A DNA stretch of 64,000 nucleotides from Dehalococcoidia bacterium (GCA_963663185.1 OY760135.1:664081-728080); one strand, 5' to 3'; counted from the stretch's first letter, positions 1 through 8,935 are shown. Numbers and translations: made by a program. The notes: generated by a model not told the origin, from the sequence alone.

Positions 1-56
1 GCCCTTCATCGGCTCGAAGTGCCAAGGCATCCACCGTGCGCCGTAGTCACTTGACC
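1..56 (-). rRNA. rrl: 23S rRNA gene, 5' end (partial, continues beyond left edge)
   Basis: Reverse complement of 1-56 reads GGTCAAGTGACTACGGCGCACGGTGGATGCCTTGGCACTTCGAGCCGATGAAGG. This matches the conserved 23S 5' terminus (E. coli GGTTAAGCGACTAAG..CACGGTGGATGCCCTGGCA..GCGATGAAGGACG). Confidence 0.75.
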
Positions 57-402
57 TGCGCTACGCCACGCGCAGGCACTTCGCGCGATCGGGAGTTCCT
101 CGCCAGCAATGTTGCTGATGCCGACGTTCCCCATCGCATGCCGCGCGCCGCGCTGTATACGTCCCCGAGGCATTCGGGGAACAGCGCAGTCATCATTCGC
201 ATGTCATCAAGAACCACACACGTACCTCCCGCGCTCCATAGCGCGAGAGTATCCCGCAGCCCTCTGCTGCACGGAGCCGGCCCCATGGCCTGCTCCACAG
301 AGGGATGCTGTGGACGCATCTCAATCACTCTTCACTTGTCAAGGCGCATCCCCGACCGAGCCTCTGCCGCATTGGCGTCCGCTCTTGGGGCTGCAAGACC
401 CA

Positions 403-432
403 ATACTAGGCAGATGTGGTGTCCGATGTCAA
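403..432 (-). promoter_or_regulatory. candidate sigma70-type promoter for the 23S operon
   Basis: Minus strand reads TTGACA (plus 427-432), an 18-nt spacer, then TAGTAT (plus 403-408), about 340 nt upstream of the mature 23S 5' end. Five 12-bp imperfect repeats (gRGCTGAYNNCN) lie upstream at 459-521. Confidence 0.3.
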
Positions 433-649
433 CAAGTGGTTTACAGACGCGATTGACCGAGCTGATGTCCGAGCTGATCACGGGGCTGATGTCCGGGCTG
501 ACTCACTGGGCGGGCTGACGGAGCAAGCGGATACGCGCGTCGCTGGCGTGGTTCAGGCCGCTCAGTCGGCGACGGTGCCGCCGCCGTCGGCTCGCCGAGA
601 CTCGGGTAAGATGCCTCCGCGTTGGGGTTGGCGTCGATCTGAACGGCCT

Positions 650-1474
650 CTAGAAGCGATCCTGGTAGGAGCGCGCGAGCGATTCGGCCGGATCTGCCTG
701 GATGCCGAGCGGCGCGATCGGGTAGCGCAGACCGTTGCGGGACAACGCGGCGAGCCCGTCGATCAGCTTGGGCAGATAGCGCGGCGGGATTGCCATCAGC
801 AGCTCATGGTCCTGGACGCCGCCGAAGCGTCGCTCGGCGAAGCAGGGGATGCTGAGCGACGGCTCGCCCGTACGCAGGGCGCGCCCCCAGCTGTCAGCGC
901 AGGCCGACTCGCCGACCGACGCGAACTCGAATTTCTTGAAGCCGGAGTATTGCAGGCCGTTGATCAGGATGATCATCTGACCGGGCGTCGCGTAGATCAA
1001 GACGACATCGGGCGGGTCGAGTCGACCCGTCGCGATCGGCGAGAGCGCCAGGGCGGCGTATCGTCCCGACGGCAAGACGTCCATCGCCTGTTGGTGCGCG
1101 ATGGAGTCGGCATCCGTTTCGAACCAGACGTTGGTCATGGTCGTGCGCGAACGCCACTCGCCGTCGTCTGCATTCGGGTGCAGCCCAACCGGGGCGCCGC
1201 ATTGAGCGCCGATCAGGTCGTCCATCGTGACGCCCATGGTGACGTTGTTCCAGCGCGACTGTGCGACGAGCTGGTCAAGTGCGTACTGGATGCCGGGTCG
1301 GCGGATGCGCTCGACCGCTTCCATTTCGGCGACCGTCTCGAACATTTTCATGCCGACCGGGGTTGCGGTCAGCCGCAGATATCGCTGCAATCCGTCAACG
1401 ATGGCGGGCCAGTCATAGGAATCGGGTTCGGGTGGCGCGTCTGGCGCGACGCCAACGGCTGCGGTCGTGGTCAT
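650..1474 (-). CDS. DUF169 family protein
   Basis: 274-aa ORF starting MTTTAAVGV at ATG 1474; the longer ORF start runs into a tandem repeat. Size and motifs (..ATPGQMIILINGLQYSGF..) resemble the DUF169 family. Confidence 0.45.
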   Translation of the reverse strand: MTTTAAVGVAPDAPPEPDSYDWPAIVDGLQRYLRLTATPVGMKMFETVAEMEAVERIRRPGIQYALDQLVAQSRWNNVTMGVTMDDLIGAQCGAPVGLHPNADDGEWRSRTTMTNVWFETDADSIAHQQAMDVLPSGRYAALALSPIATGRLDPPDVVLIYATPGQMIILINGLQYSGFKKFEFASVGESACADSWGRALRTGEPSLSIPCFAERRFGGVQDHELLMAIPPRYLPKLIDGLAALSRNGLRYPIAPLGIQADPAESLARSYQDRF

Positions 1475-1584
1475 GGATCGTCTCCATCTCTGATGATTCC
1501 CTGATCGTTGCGTAGATTCATTGGCATGGTACTGAGGTGACATCATTTGCCAGATGGGCATGACCATGGGCGTAACCGGGCACC

Positions 1585-1626
1585 CAAGTAGCCAGGCGCA
1601 AGTAGCCAGGCGCAAGTAGCCAGGCG
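1585..1626. repeat. perfect 14-bp x3 tandem repeat (caagtagccaggcg) in a divergent intergenic region
   Basis: Read directly at 1585-1598, 1599-1612 and 1613-1626, between the DUF169 start (1474, minus) and the gene starting at 1705 (plus). Confidence 0.9.
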
Positions 1627-1704
1627 GCGGTACCCGGTCGGCCAGTGACTATCCGAGGTGACTATCCTGTTTGAGCGGGCGCCACACGCGCAAGGGAGGT
1701 TCTC

Positions 1705-2952
1705 ATGCTGGCTCGATATCGACTGCATCTGCTGCTGATCGCCACATTCGCCATCGCGGTGCTGCTCACGACCGTCGCCAATCAACTCGCCGGTCACCTG
1801 ATCGTCGGTCCTGCGGAGGCCGAAAATGGAGAATCCGTATCCACCGAGGTTCGGATCAATGCCAAACGACTGGATAACGGAGTCGTCGAGTTTGGCTTGC
1901 AGCAGTGGGACGGCAGCGCCTGGGGCGAACGTCTCCTGCCCAGCCAGCGATTCTTTTCGCCTGGCACCGAAGTCGACCGCTGGCTGAGCAGCAGCCCGGT
2001 GGAGCTTGCCGTAGCGGTTCCGGTGGTCGAGCCGATGCCGGTAGCTGAGCCGGTGGCAACGGAGGAGCCGGGGCCGAGGCCAACGCTTTGCGTCGTGGTG
2101 GACGGGGACTCGACGGCGCTGGTCTGGCAGTTCACTGCCCTCAATGCCCCGCGAGCAGCCGATCTGCTTGGTCTGGACCTGGAGTACTCGTCGCATCCAG
2201 ATGCCGAGGCTCGGGTGGCGGCGATCGAGAAGTGCGTTGAGGACGAGGTGCAGATGATCCTGTCGACGCTGGCCGATCCCGACATGGTGATTCCCGCGTT
2301 GCAGGATGCGGCCGCGCAAGGTATCAAGATCGCCAGCTTCGGGGCGGGCGGCGATCACGCTGATCGCGCCGGTTCCCTGATTCACGTCTCGCTCGACGAG
2401 GCGGCGGCCGGGCGTCGGGCCGCCGAACAGTTCGAGTCGCTCGGTGTATCCGGGCTCGTGCTCTGTCTGTTCGACGAAGGCGATCGGCAAGGTCGCCAGC
2501 GCAGCTGCGACTCGCTTGCGGAGCACTACGAGAGCGGCGAAGTGCTGCCGGTGCCCTTCAGCCTCAACGATCCACGATCGGAGATCGCCACGATCCTGTC
2601 CCTCTATGTCGACGTTGCCGGGCTGATAGTGGTCGAAGCTGACTTCCTCCCGGCCGCGCTTGAGGCGATGACGTTCACCGGGGTGGAACCGGTCCTCGGC
2701 GCAATCGGAGAGTATCCGTTGAGTCGGCTCAGGACTGTGGACCGCGATCGGATTGCGTTCACCGTGACGGATCTTGCCCGCTTCGAGGCCTTGCTCTCGG
2801 CAGCGGCCTTGCACCTGATGTATCGCTACCACCCCAACGCGCGCTTCTTCGAAGGCGCGATGCTCTTCGACGGGGCGCCCAATGTCCACACGGGCGGCCC
2901 GACGGGTGGTCCACGGCCTGTTCCCGAAGACGACGATGGCCAGGACCAATAA
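1705..2952 (+). CDS. membrane-anchored protein with a periplasmic-binding-protein-like (LacI/RbsB-type) domain
   Basis: N-terminal TM helix (LHLLLIATFAIAVLLTTV). The central region alternates beta-alpha like sugar-binding PBPs (..ADPDMVIPALQDAAAQGIKIASFG..HVSLDEAAAGRRAAEQFESLGVSG..). Confidence 0.4.
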   Translation: MLARYRLHLLLIATFAIAVLLTTVANQLAGHLIVGPAEAENGESVSTEVRINAKRLDNGVVEFGLQQWDGSAWGERLLPSQRFFSPGTEVDRWLSSSPVELAVAVPVVEPMPVAEPVATEEPGPRPTLCVVVDGDSTALVWQFTALNAPRAADLLGLDLEYSSHPDAEARVAAIEKCVEDEVQMILSTLADPDMVIPALQDAAAQGIKIASFGAGGDHADRAGSLIHVSLDEAAAGRRAAEQFESLGVSGLVLCLFDEGDRQGRQRSCDSLAEHYESGEVLPVPFSLNDPRSEIATILSLYVDVAGLIVVEADFLPAALEAMTFTGVEPVLGAIGEYPLSRLRTVDRDRIAFTVTDLARFEALLSAAALHLMYRYHPNARFFEGAMLFDGAPNVHTGGPTGGPRPVPEDDDGQDQ

Positions 2953-3004
2953 CGCACGACCCAACGAACGGTCTCGCCCACTTCGGCCGAGAAAGGAATT
3001 GACC

Positions 3005-4219
3005 ATGCCAGCACTTGATGGACTCCGAGTCCTCGACATGACCCAGTATGAGGCGGGCACGTCCTGCACGCAGGCGTTGGCCTGGGCCGGCGCCGATGTG
3101 GTCAAGATTGAACAGCCCGGCGTCGGCGATCCAGGCCGCGGCGTCGGCAGCGCCGCCGAGTTCGATTCCCACTATTTCATCAACTGGAATTCCAACAAGC
3201 GGTCGGTGACGATCAATCTGCGCGATGAGCGCGGCCGCGCGCTGCTCTTCGAGATGCTGCCGCACTACGACGTGTTCGTCGAGAACTACGGTCCCGGCGT
3301 GATGGAAAAGCTCGGCTTGACCTACGCGGCGCTCAAAGCGGTGCATCCCAGCATCATCTACGCGCGACTGAAGGGCTTCGGGCTCACAGGGCCGTTTGCG
3401 AACTTCAAGAGCTTTGATCCGGTGGCGCAGAATGCGGCTGGCGCCTTCTCGGTGACGGGCGAACATGACGGCCCGCCCATGCGGCCTGGCGCCTGCGTCG
3501 GCGATAGCGGGACCGGTATGCAGCTCGCCTTCGCGATTACATCTGCCTATGTCCAGAAACTGCGCACTGGCGAGGGTCAACACATTGAGATTTCGATGCA
3601 GGAGGCGATGACGTATTACGTGCGCACGCCGATCGCGGGGACGCAGAGTTGGGGCGACGTCGCCGCCGAGCGTCGCGGCAACGGCTGGAGTGGTCCCACT
3701 GACCTCTATCGCTGCAAACCGCTGCCCGGATCGGATGGATCAAACGACTATCTCTACATCATCGCCTTGACGACTCGCATGTGGGACACGTTCTGCGCGG
3801 CGATGGGTCGGCCGGACATGGTGGTTGATCCGCGTTTCTGCGATGAGCAGGCGCGCATCGACCACAACGACGAGCTGAAGTCGGAGATTCAAGCCTGGAC
3901 GATGCAGCACGACAAGTGGGAGGCGATGCAGATCCTGGGTGAGGCCGGCGTGCCCTGTTCGGCGACGCACGACACGCACGACCTGTTCCACAACCCGCAC
4001 TTCGACGAACGCGGCTTCGTGCAAGAGCTGGATCATCCACAGCACGGCCCGATCAAGCTGCTGGGCTGGGCGCCCAAGATGGAGAAGAGCGATGTGCCGA
4101 TGACGGCCGCTCCACTGCTGGCTGAACACACGAGGGAAGTCCTCAGCGACGACCTTGGCCTCTGCGAGGACGAGCTCTCGACCATGCAAGCTGAAGGCAT
4201 CATCAGCCTGCGCAGCTAA
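3005..4219 (+). CDS. family III CoA-transferase (CaiB/BaiF; formyl-CoA transferase-like), paralog 1
   Basis: MPALDGLRVLDMTQYEAGTSCTQALAWAGADVVKIEQPGVGDPGRG..YFINWNSNKRSVTINL. This is the typical CaiB/BaiF N-terminus, Frc-like. Confidence 0.8.
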   Translation: MPALDGLRVLDMTQYEAGTSCTQALAWAGADVVKIEQPGVGDPGRGVGSAAEFDSHYFINWNSNKRSVTINLRDERGRALLFEMLPHYDVFVENYGPGVMEKLGLTYAALKAVHPSIIYARLKGFGLTGPFANFKSFDPVAQNAAGAFSVTGEHDGPPMRPGACVGDSGTGMQLAFAITSAYVQKLRTGEGQHIEISMQEAMTYYVRTPIAGTQSWGDVAAERRGNGWSGPTDLYRCKPLPGSDGSNDYLYIIALTTRMWDTFCAAMGRPDMVVDPRFCDEQARIDHNDELKSEIQAWTMQHDKWEAMQILGEAGVPCSATHDTHDLFHNPHFDERGFVQELDHPQHGPIKLLGWAPKMEKSDVPMTAAPLLAEHTREVLSDDLGLCEDELSTMQAEGIISLRS

Positions 4220-4254
4220 CCGCCGGCGATCCTGTAGTCGGCGACCGGAGCGAC

Positions 4255-4962
4255 ATGTCCACCGCCGATGCCTCATCCAGCAGCCAGACCTTGGTCCTCT
4301 TCCGCCTGCCGGAGCCGCCTGAACGGCATCCGGACGAAGCGGCATCCTACAAATTCGTGCATACCATCGGCAACACGATGCATGTGGCCAAGCACCTCGG
4401 CAAACCGGAGACGACGATCGTCGGCGCCGAACTCTTCATCGTCGCCTACCGCGGCTATCGTCCCCGCCGCGTCCCTGACTTGCTGAACGCCCTGGACGCC
4501 GATCCTGACCTCTACGACGAACAGAACGGTTACGTCATCTCCGATCAGGGCAAACCGCCAGGCTTCATCCTCGAAGTCGCCTCGCCCAGCACGGCGAGGA
4601 TCGACACCATCGAGAAGCGCCGCGAGTACGCCGAACTGGGTGTGCGCGAGTATTGGCGCTTCGACCACACCGGCGAGTCGCACGGCGCACGGCTCGCCGC
4701 GGACCGTTTCGTCGGCCAGCGTTACGAGCCAATCCTGCTCGACGAACGCTCCGCCGATGTCTTGCAGGGTCGCAGCGAAGCCCTCGATCTGATCCTCCGC
4801 TGAGATCATGGCCAGTTGGCCTGGATCGATCCTGAGACGGGTGAGCACATCCCCACGTTCGACGGCGAACGCGAAGGCCGCCTGGCTGCGGAAGCCGCCC
4901 AACGAGCAGCGGAGGCTCGCGTGCGTGAGTTGGAAGCGGAACTGCGGCGCCTGCGCGACTGA
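4255..4962 (+). pseudogene. Uma2-family (DUF820) PD-(D/E)XK endonuclease with an in-frame TGA at 4801-4803
   Basis: ..YAELGVREYWRFD.. is the Uma2 core. Reading through the TGA in the same frame gives ..LDLILR*DHGQLAWIDPETGEHIPTFDGEREGRLAAE..RVRELEAELRRLRD*, the canonical Uma2 C-terminal tail. TGA most likely replaces TGG (Trp). Confidence 0.6.
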
Positions 4963-5067
4963 GCTCGAGTCGCGTGAGAGAGGTGCGGAATCCCGTTCCC
5001 TATGATGGTGAAGAATTTGACCCACGACGGCGCACTCTTGGCGCCGCGCCTGCAGAAGGACTTGACG

Positions 5068-6300
5068 ATGCCGGCTCTTGATGGAATGCGGATCCTGGAT
5101 ATGACCCAGTACGAGGCGGGCACGTCCTGCACGCAGGCGCTGGCCTGGCTCGGCGCTGATGTGGTCAAGGTGGAGCAGCCCGGCGTCGGCGACCCTGGAC
5201 GCGGCGTGCGTACCGGCACGCTCAACTCGCCCTACTTCATCAACTGGAACTCCAACAAGCGGTCGGTCACGATCAACCTCCAGGATCCCAAGGGTCGTGA
5301 ACTCCTGCTGGACATGCTGCCGCACTACGATGTCTTCGTCGAGAATTACGGCCCTGGCGTGATGGAGCGGCTGAATCTCACCTATGAGGTGATGCAGGAA
5401 GTCAATCCGGCCATCATTTATGGCCGTCTCAAGGGTTTCGGTCTCTCGGGTCCATGGGCTGACTACAAGTGTTTCGACATGATCGCGCAGTCTGCGGCGG
5501 GCGCGTTTTCGGTCACTGGCGAGAGCGACGGTCCGCCGATGCTGCCCGGCTCGACCGTCGGCGATTCTGGTACGGGCGTCGAGTTGGCGCTGGCGATCAC
5601 CGCCGCCTACGTCCAGCGACAGCGCACCGGCGAGGGTCAGTTCATCGAGATCACGATGCAGGAGGCGATGACCTACTTTATGCGCACCCGAATCGCATAC
5701 TCCGAGTGGGGTGAGAAGGTCGCGCCGCGCCGCGGCAACTCGGCCGGCGCGCCGACCGATCTCTATCCCTGCAAGTCGACGCCTGAGAGCGAAGCTCGCG
5801 GCGGCAATAATGACTGGGTCTACATCATGGTGGTGACGTCGCGCATGTGGGACACGCTGTGCGCGGCGATCGACCGGCCGGAGCTGTTGGTCGATCCGCG
5901 TTTCGAGGACATGTGGAAACGTAACGAGAACGGCAAAGAGCTGTATGCCGAGATCTCGGAGTGGACGATGCAGCGCACAAAGTGGGAGGCGATGGAGGAG
6001 CTCGGCGCGGTCGGCGTGCCCTGTTCAGCCGTCCTCGACACCTACGACCTGTTCCATAATCCGCACTTCGAAGAGCGTGGCTTTGTACACGATCTCGAAC
6101 ATCCTGCGCATGGCAACATCCGCCTGCTCGGATGGGCGCCGCGGATGTCGAAGAGCGATGTCCCGCTGGTTCGCGCTCCGCTGCTGGGAGAACATACGAC
6201 AGAGGTGCTTTCCGACGACCTCGGCCTTAACGCCGAAGACCTGCAGGAGATGGAGTCAGCCGGAATCATCGGAGGCGAACCCGTCTTCCCCGCGAAGTGA
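5068..6300 (+). CDS. family III CoA-transferase (CaiB/BaiF), paralog 2
   Basis: MPALDGMRILDMTQYEAGTSCTQALAWLGADVVKVEQPGVGDPGRG.. is near-identical in its N-terminus to paralog 1. Confidence 0.8.
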   Translation: MPALDGMRILDMTQYEAGTSCTQALAWLGADVVKVEQPGVGDPGRGVRTGTLNSPYFINWNSNKRSVTINLQDPKGRELLLDMLPHYDVFVENYGPGVMERLNLTYEVMQEVNPAIIYGRLKGFGLSGPWADYKCFDMIAQSAAGAFSVTGESDGPPMLPGSTVGDSGTGVELALAITAAYVQRQRTGEGQFIEITMQEAMTYFMRTRIAYSEWGEKVAPRRGNSAGAPTDLYPCKSTPESEARGGNNDWVYIMVVTSRMWDTLCAAIDRPELLVDPRFEDMWKRNENGKELYAEISEWTMQRTKWEAMEELGAVGVPCSAVLDTYDLFHNPHFEERGFVHDLEHPAHGNIRLLGWAPRMSKSDVPLVRAPLLGEHTTEVLSDDLGLNAEDLQEMESAGIIGGEPVFPAK

Positions 6301-6345
6301 TTCTCAGTCCCCGCTTGACGCGGGGATCGGCCCTCACTCTGTCCC

Positions 6346-6876
6346 ATGCCGCCCAACGATCTCCTCCAGGGCCTCCCGCCGATCCTGCCTGACGGCCACA
6401 TCCATGCCCTGATTCTCGGTTCATTTCCGAGCGTGCAGTCGCTGGAGCAGCAGCAATACTACGCTCACCCGCAAAACTGGTTCTGGAGGGTGATGCGGCA
6501 TTGTGGTGTCGTGGAGGACGCAACCGCGCCCTATGAGGCGCGGATCGAGCAGGTCAGGCAGAGGCATATCGCCATCTGGGATCTTTATGCGCAGGTGCGG
6601 CGACAAGGCTCGGGCGACGATCAGATTCGCGACGCGGCGCCGAATCCGATCAGGGAGTTGTTGGATTCGAGTGGGCCGTTCCCGATTCTGCTCAACGGCC
6701 GGCGTCTCAGGGAGTTTCGTAAGGCGTATTCCAATCTGGAAGTCGAGCTGATTGCGTTACCAAGTACGAGTCCGAGGCCGCTGCACTGGAACACCGAGGC
6801 CTCGCGGTCGGCGGCGTTGGCGGAGTGGCGTGAGGCTTTGCCAGGAGGTACAGCGCTACCTATGATTGACCTGTGA
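6346..6876 (+). CDS. DNA-deoxyinosine (hypoxanthine) glycosylase, UDG family 6
   Basis: HALILGSFPSVQS..QYYAHPQNWFWRVM motif. Confidence 0.6.
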   Translation: MPPNDLLQGLPPILPDGHIHALILGSFPSVQSLEQQQYYAHPQNWFWRVMRHCGVVEDATAPYEARIEQVRQRHIAIWDLYAQVRRQGSGDDQIRDAAPNPIRELLDSSGPFPILLNGRRLREFRKAYSNLEVELIALPSTSPRPLHWNTEASRSAALAEWREALPGGTALPMIDL

Positions 6877-7151
6877 TTGTCACTATCCGACATCGGGGAA
6901 TCCGTCGAATGTATGAACGTGACGACTCCAGTTTCCTGCCACCGCAGCATCTCGACAAGATCGAGGATGTAATCGGTCGTCTCGACGTAGCAGCTGGGCC
7001 GTCGAATATGGACATCCCGGGCTATCGACTTCACGAGCTTCGAGGCGACCTTGCTGGACACTGGGCCGTCCGAGTTTCACGAAACTGGCGAATCACGTTC
7101 CGATTCGAAGGCGGTAATGTGTATGACGTCGATCTGGCCGACTACCATTGA
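6873..7151 (+). CDS. higB: type II toxin HigB (RelE/ParE superfamily, plasmid-killer type)
   Basis: 92 aa; ..GHWAVRVSRNWRITFRFEGGNVYDVDLADYH aligns with the HigB C-terminus. 4-bp overlap with the upstream gene. Confidence 0.7.
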   Translation: MIVTIRHRGIRRMYERDDSSFLPPQHLDKIEDVIGRLDVAAGPSNMDIPGYRLHELRGDLAGHWAVRVSRNWRITFRFEGGNVYDVDLADYH

Positions 7152-7172
7152 GGAGCGCACGAGGAGCGCACC

Positions 7173-7457
7173 ATGCCGATGAAGCATCCACCTCATCCGG
7201 GACGTTCACTGCTCCGCGACTGTATCAAGGAGCTGAAATTGACTATCGCCGAGACAGCCGCGCATCTTCAAATCGAAGAACGCGTGCTTGAAGACGTATG
7301 CCACTGCCGTGCCCCGATCACTGCCGATCTGGCAGTTCGGATTGATATGGCCTTCGGCGGAGACGCTGACACCTGGCTCCGGGCGCAGGGCGCATACGAT
7401 CTGGCCCAGGCGCGCAAGACAGCCTGCGACATCAAGCGAATCGAACGCGCCGCCTGA
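7173..7457 (+). CDS. higA: HigA antitoxin (XRE-family HTH)
   Basis: ..LKLTIAETAAHLQIEERVLEDVCHCRAPITADLAVRIDMAFGGDADTWLRAQGAYDLA.. is the HigA/VapI HTH. Confidence 0.7.
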   Translation: MPMKHPPHPGRSLLRDCIKELKLTIAETAAHLQIEERVLEDVCHCRAPITADLAVRIDMAFGGDADTWLRAQGAYDLAQARKTACDIKRIERAA

Positions 7458-7681
7458 CCATTGAAGCCGCAGCCATTGAAGCCGCAGCCAGGCGCCTTCG
7501 TGTACCCACGGAGACACGCTTCGTGATCTGCGCCGACCAGTCACCGATAACCGCCGACATGGCGATTCGCGCCGAGATGGCCTTCGGGAGCGCAGCTGAA
7601 TTCCGGTTCCAAGCCACCCATGATCTCGTCCAAGCTCGCAAGACATCGCGCAACATCGAGGGGATCGAGGTTGCGGGCTAA
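7458..7681 (+). pseudogene. decayed partial duplicate of higA, with a 15-bp x2 tandem repeat at its junction
   Basis: Translation ..IEAAARRLRVPTETRFVICADQSPITADMAIRAEMAFGSAAEFRFQATHDLVQARKTSRNIEGIEVAG* is a paralog of the HigA HTH but has no usable start. cattgaagccgcagc is repeated at 7458-7472 and 7473-7487. Confidence 0.55.
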
Positions 7682-7969
7682 CTGTCGTGATAGGCATTCC
7701 ACGGGTAGGTCTCGGCATAGATGTCGCCAAGATCGCGACCGTTGAAACGCCAGGCGTTGTGTCCTCTGGCGTGCTGTTTGCCTGTCGCCTCACGCGAGGC
7801 GCGGGTGATGGACTTCACCGCTCCTCGGAAGCTGACGAGGTGTTCCTACACGATGGCGACTTCACCCGTTGCTTGACATTTCAGTTCTGAACCGATGGGA
7901 ATACCCATGTCTGCGTAGTTGTATGGCGGTCGGCGCGGCATGGCCTCGACTCCTTCGCTCTCCAGCGTC

Positions 7970-8935
7970 CTAGCTTGCGCTGAGCTTCCCCACCAGCGAC
8001 GCCAACATTGACATCAGCGGACATGCGATGCCCAGCTCCGTTGCGCGCTTCACTGGCTGCCGGAAGATGGCGTCGACCTCCAATGGCCTGCCTTCGATGT
8101 AGTCGATGGTCGTGCTGGGACGATACGCTCCCATGCCGGCGGTCAACGTCAGGTAGAGGCGGCATAGCTGATCGCCGTCAATTCTGAGTGACGCTCCATG
8201 CGCGGCGAGGTCGGCGTTGCCGGCGGCGACAACCTCTCGCATGATTTCGTGAGCCGCGTGATGCAGCGCGGGGTCGTGGATGATCTGGTCCGTGGCGACT
8301 CCGCCGGCGATGACGCAGAGGCCGTTGAAGGGGATATTCCAGCCCAGCTTTTCCCAGCGCGCCTTGAGCAGGCTCGGCTCGGGACGGATCTCGACGACCG
8401 AGCCCTTGAACAGGTCAACGGCTCGCTGCAGTTCGTCCGCATCGTCGCCGTAGTGTCCTATGTTCAGCGCGCCGAACTCCTGGTGAATGACCTGTCCAGG
8501 CTCGCCTCGGACGACGCCGATGAATCCGAGCCCGCCGAAGAGCGACGTCGAGGCTGGTAGATGCGCTGCGATCGCTTCGTCAACGCTGAGTCCATTCATG
8601 ATCGCGAGGACTCGCGTGCGCTCCGAGAGCAGCGGGCGGACAAGCGACGGCAGGTCGGGAATGGCGGTTGCCTTGAGTCCGATCAGCAGCCAATCGAACT
8701 CGCCGTGGGTGGACAACGCTTCGGGCGATCGCTCTACGGTTGGCGCAGGAAACGTCAGGTCGCCGAGCGGACTGCTCAGATGTAGGCCGCCCGCCGCAAC
8801 TGCGTCGTAATCGCGACGCATCAGGAAGGAGACATCGTGGCCCGCCTCGGCGAGACGCATCCCGTAGTAGCTGCCAATCGCGCCCGCGCCGACAGCGGCG
8901 ATTCGCTCTTGCGTCATCGACTCCATTGACTCCAT
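7970..8935 (-). CDS. panE: 2-dehydropantoate 2-reductase (ketopantoate reductase)
   Basis: N-terminal Rossmann AAVGAGAIGSYYG; ApbA/PanE-like length and C-terminal domain. Confidence 0.6.
   Translation of the reverse strand: MESMESMTQERIAAVGAGAIGSYYGMRLAEAGHDVSFLMRRDYDAVAAGGLHLSSPLGDLTFPAPTVERSPEALSTHGEFDWLLIGLKATAIPDLPSLVRPLLSERTRVLAIMNGLSVDEAIAAHLPASTSLFGGLGFIGVVRGEPGQVIHQEFGALNIGHYGDDADELQRAVDLFKGSVVEIRPEPSLLKARWEKLGWNIPFNGLCVIAGGVATDQIIHDPALHHAAHEIMREVVAAGNADLAAHGASLRIDGDQLCRLYLTLTAGMGAYRPSTTIDYIEGRPLEVDAIFRQPVKRATELGIACPLMSMLASLVGKLSAS

Noticed and set aside
36-1504. Plus-strand ORFs 36..518, 109..456 and 416..1504
   Set aside because: They overlay the 23S rRNA 5' end/leader and the antisense strand of the DUF169 gene. 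They have no recognisable motifs and are typical high-GC spurious frames.
1543-3105. 520-aa minus-strand ORF
   Set aside because: Antisense to the PBP-like gene and the CoA-transferase start; it begins in the tandem repeat and is low-complexity Arg/Pro-rich.
4273-5325. 350-aa minus-strand ORF
   Set aside because: Antisense to the Uma2 and CoA-transferase genes, whose sense strands carry unmistakable family motifs.
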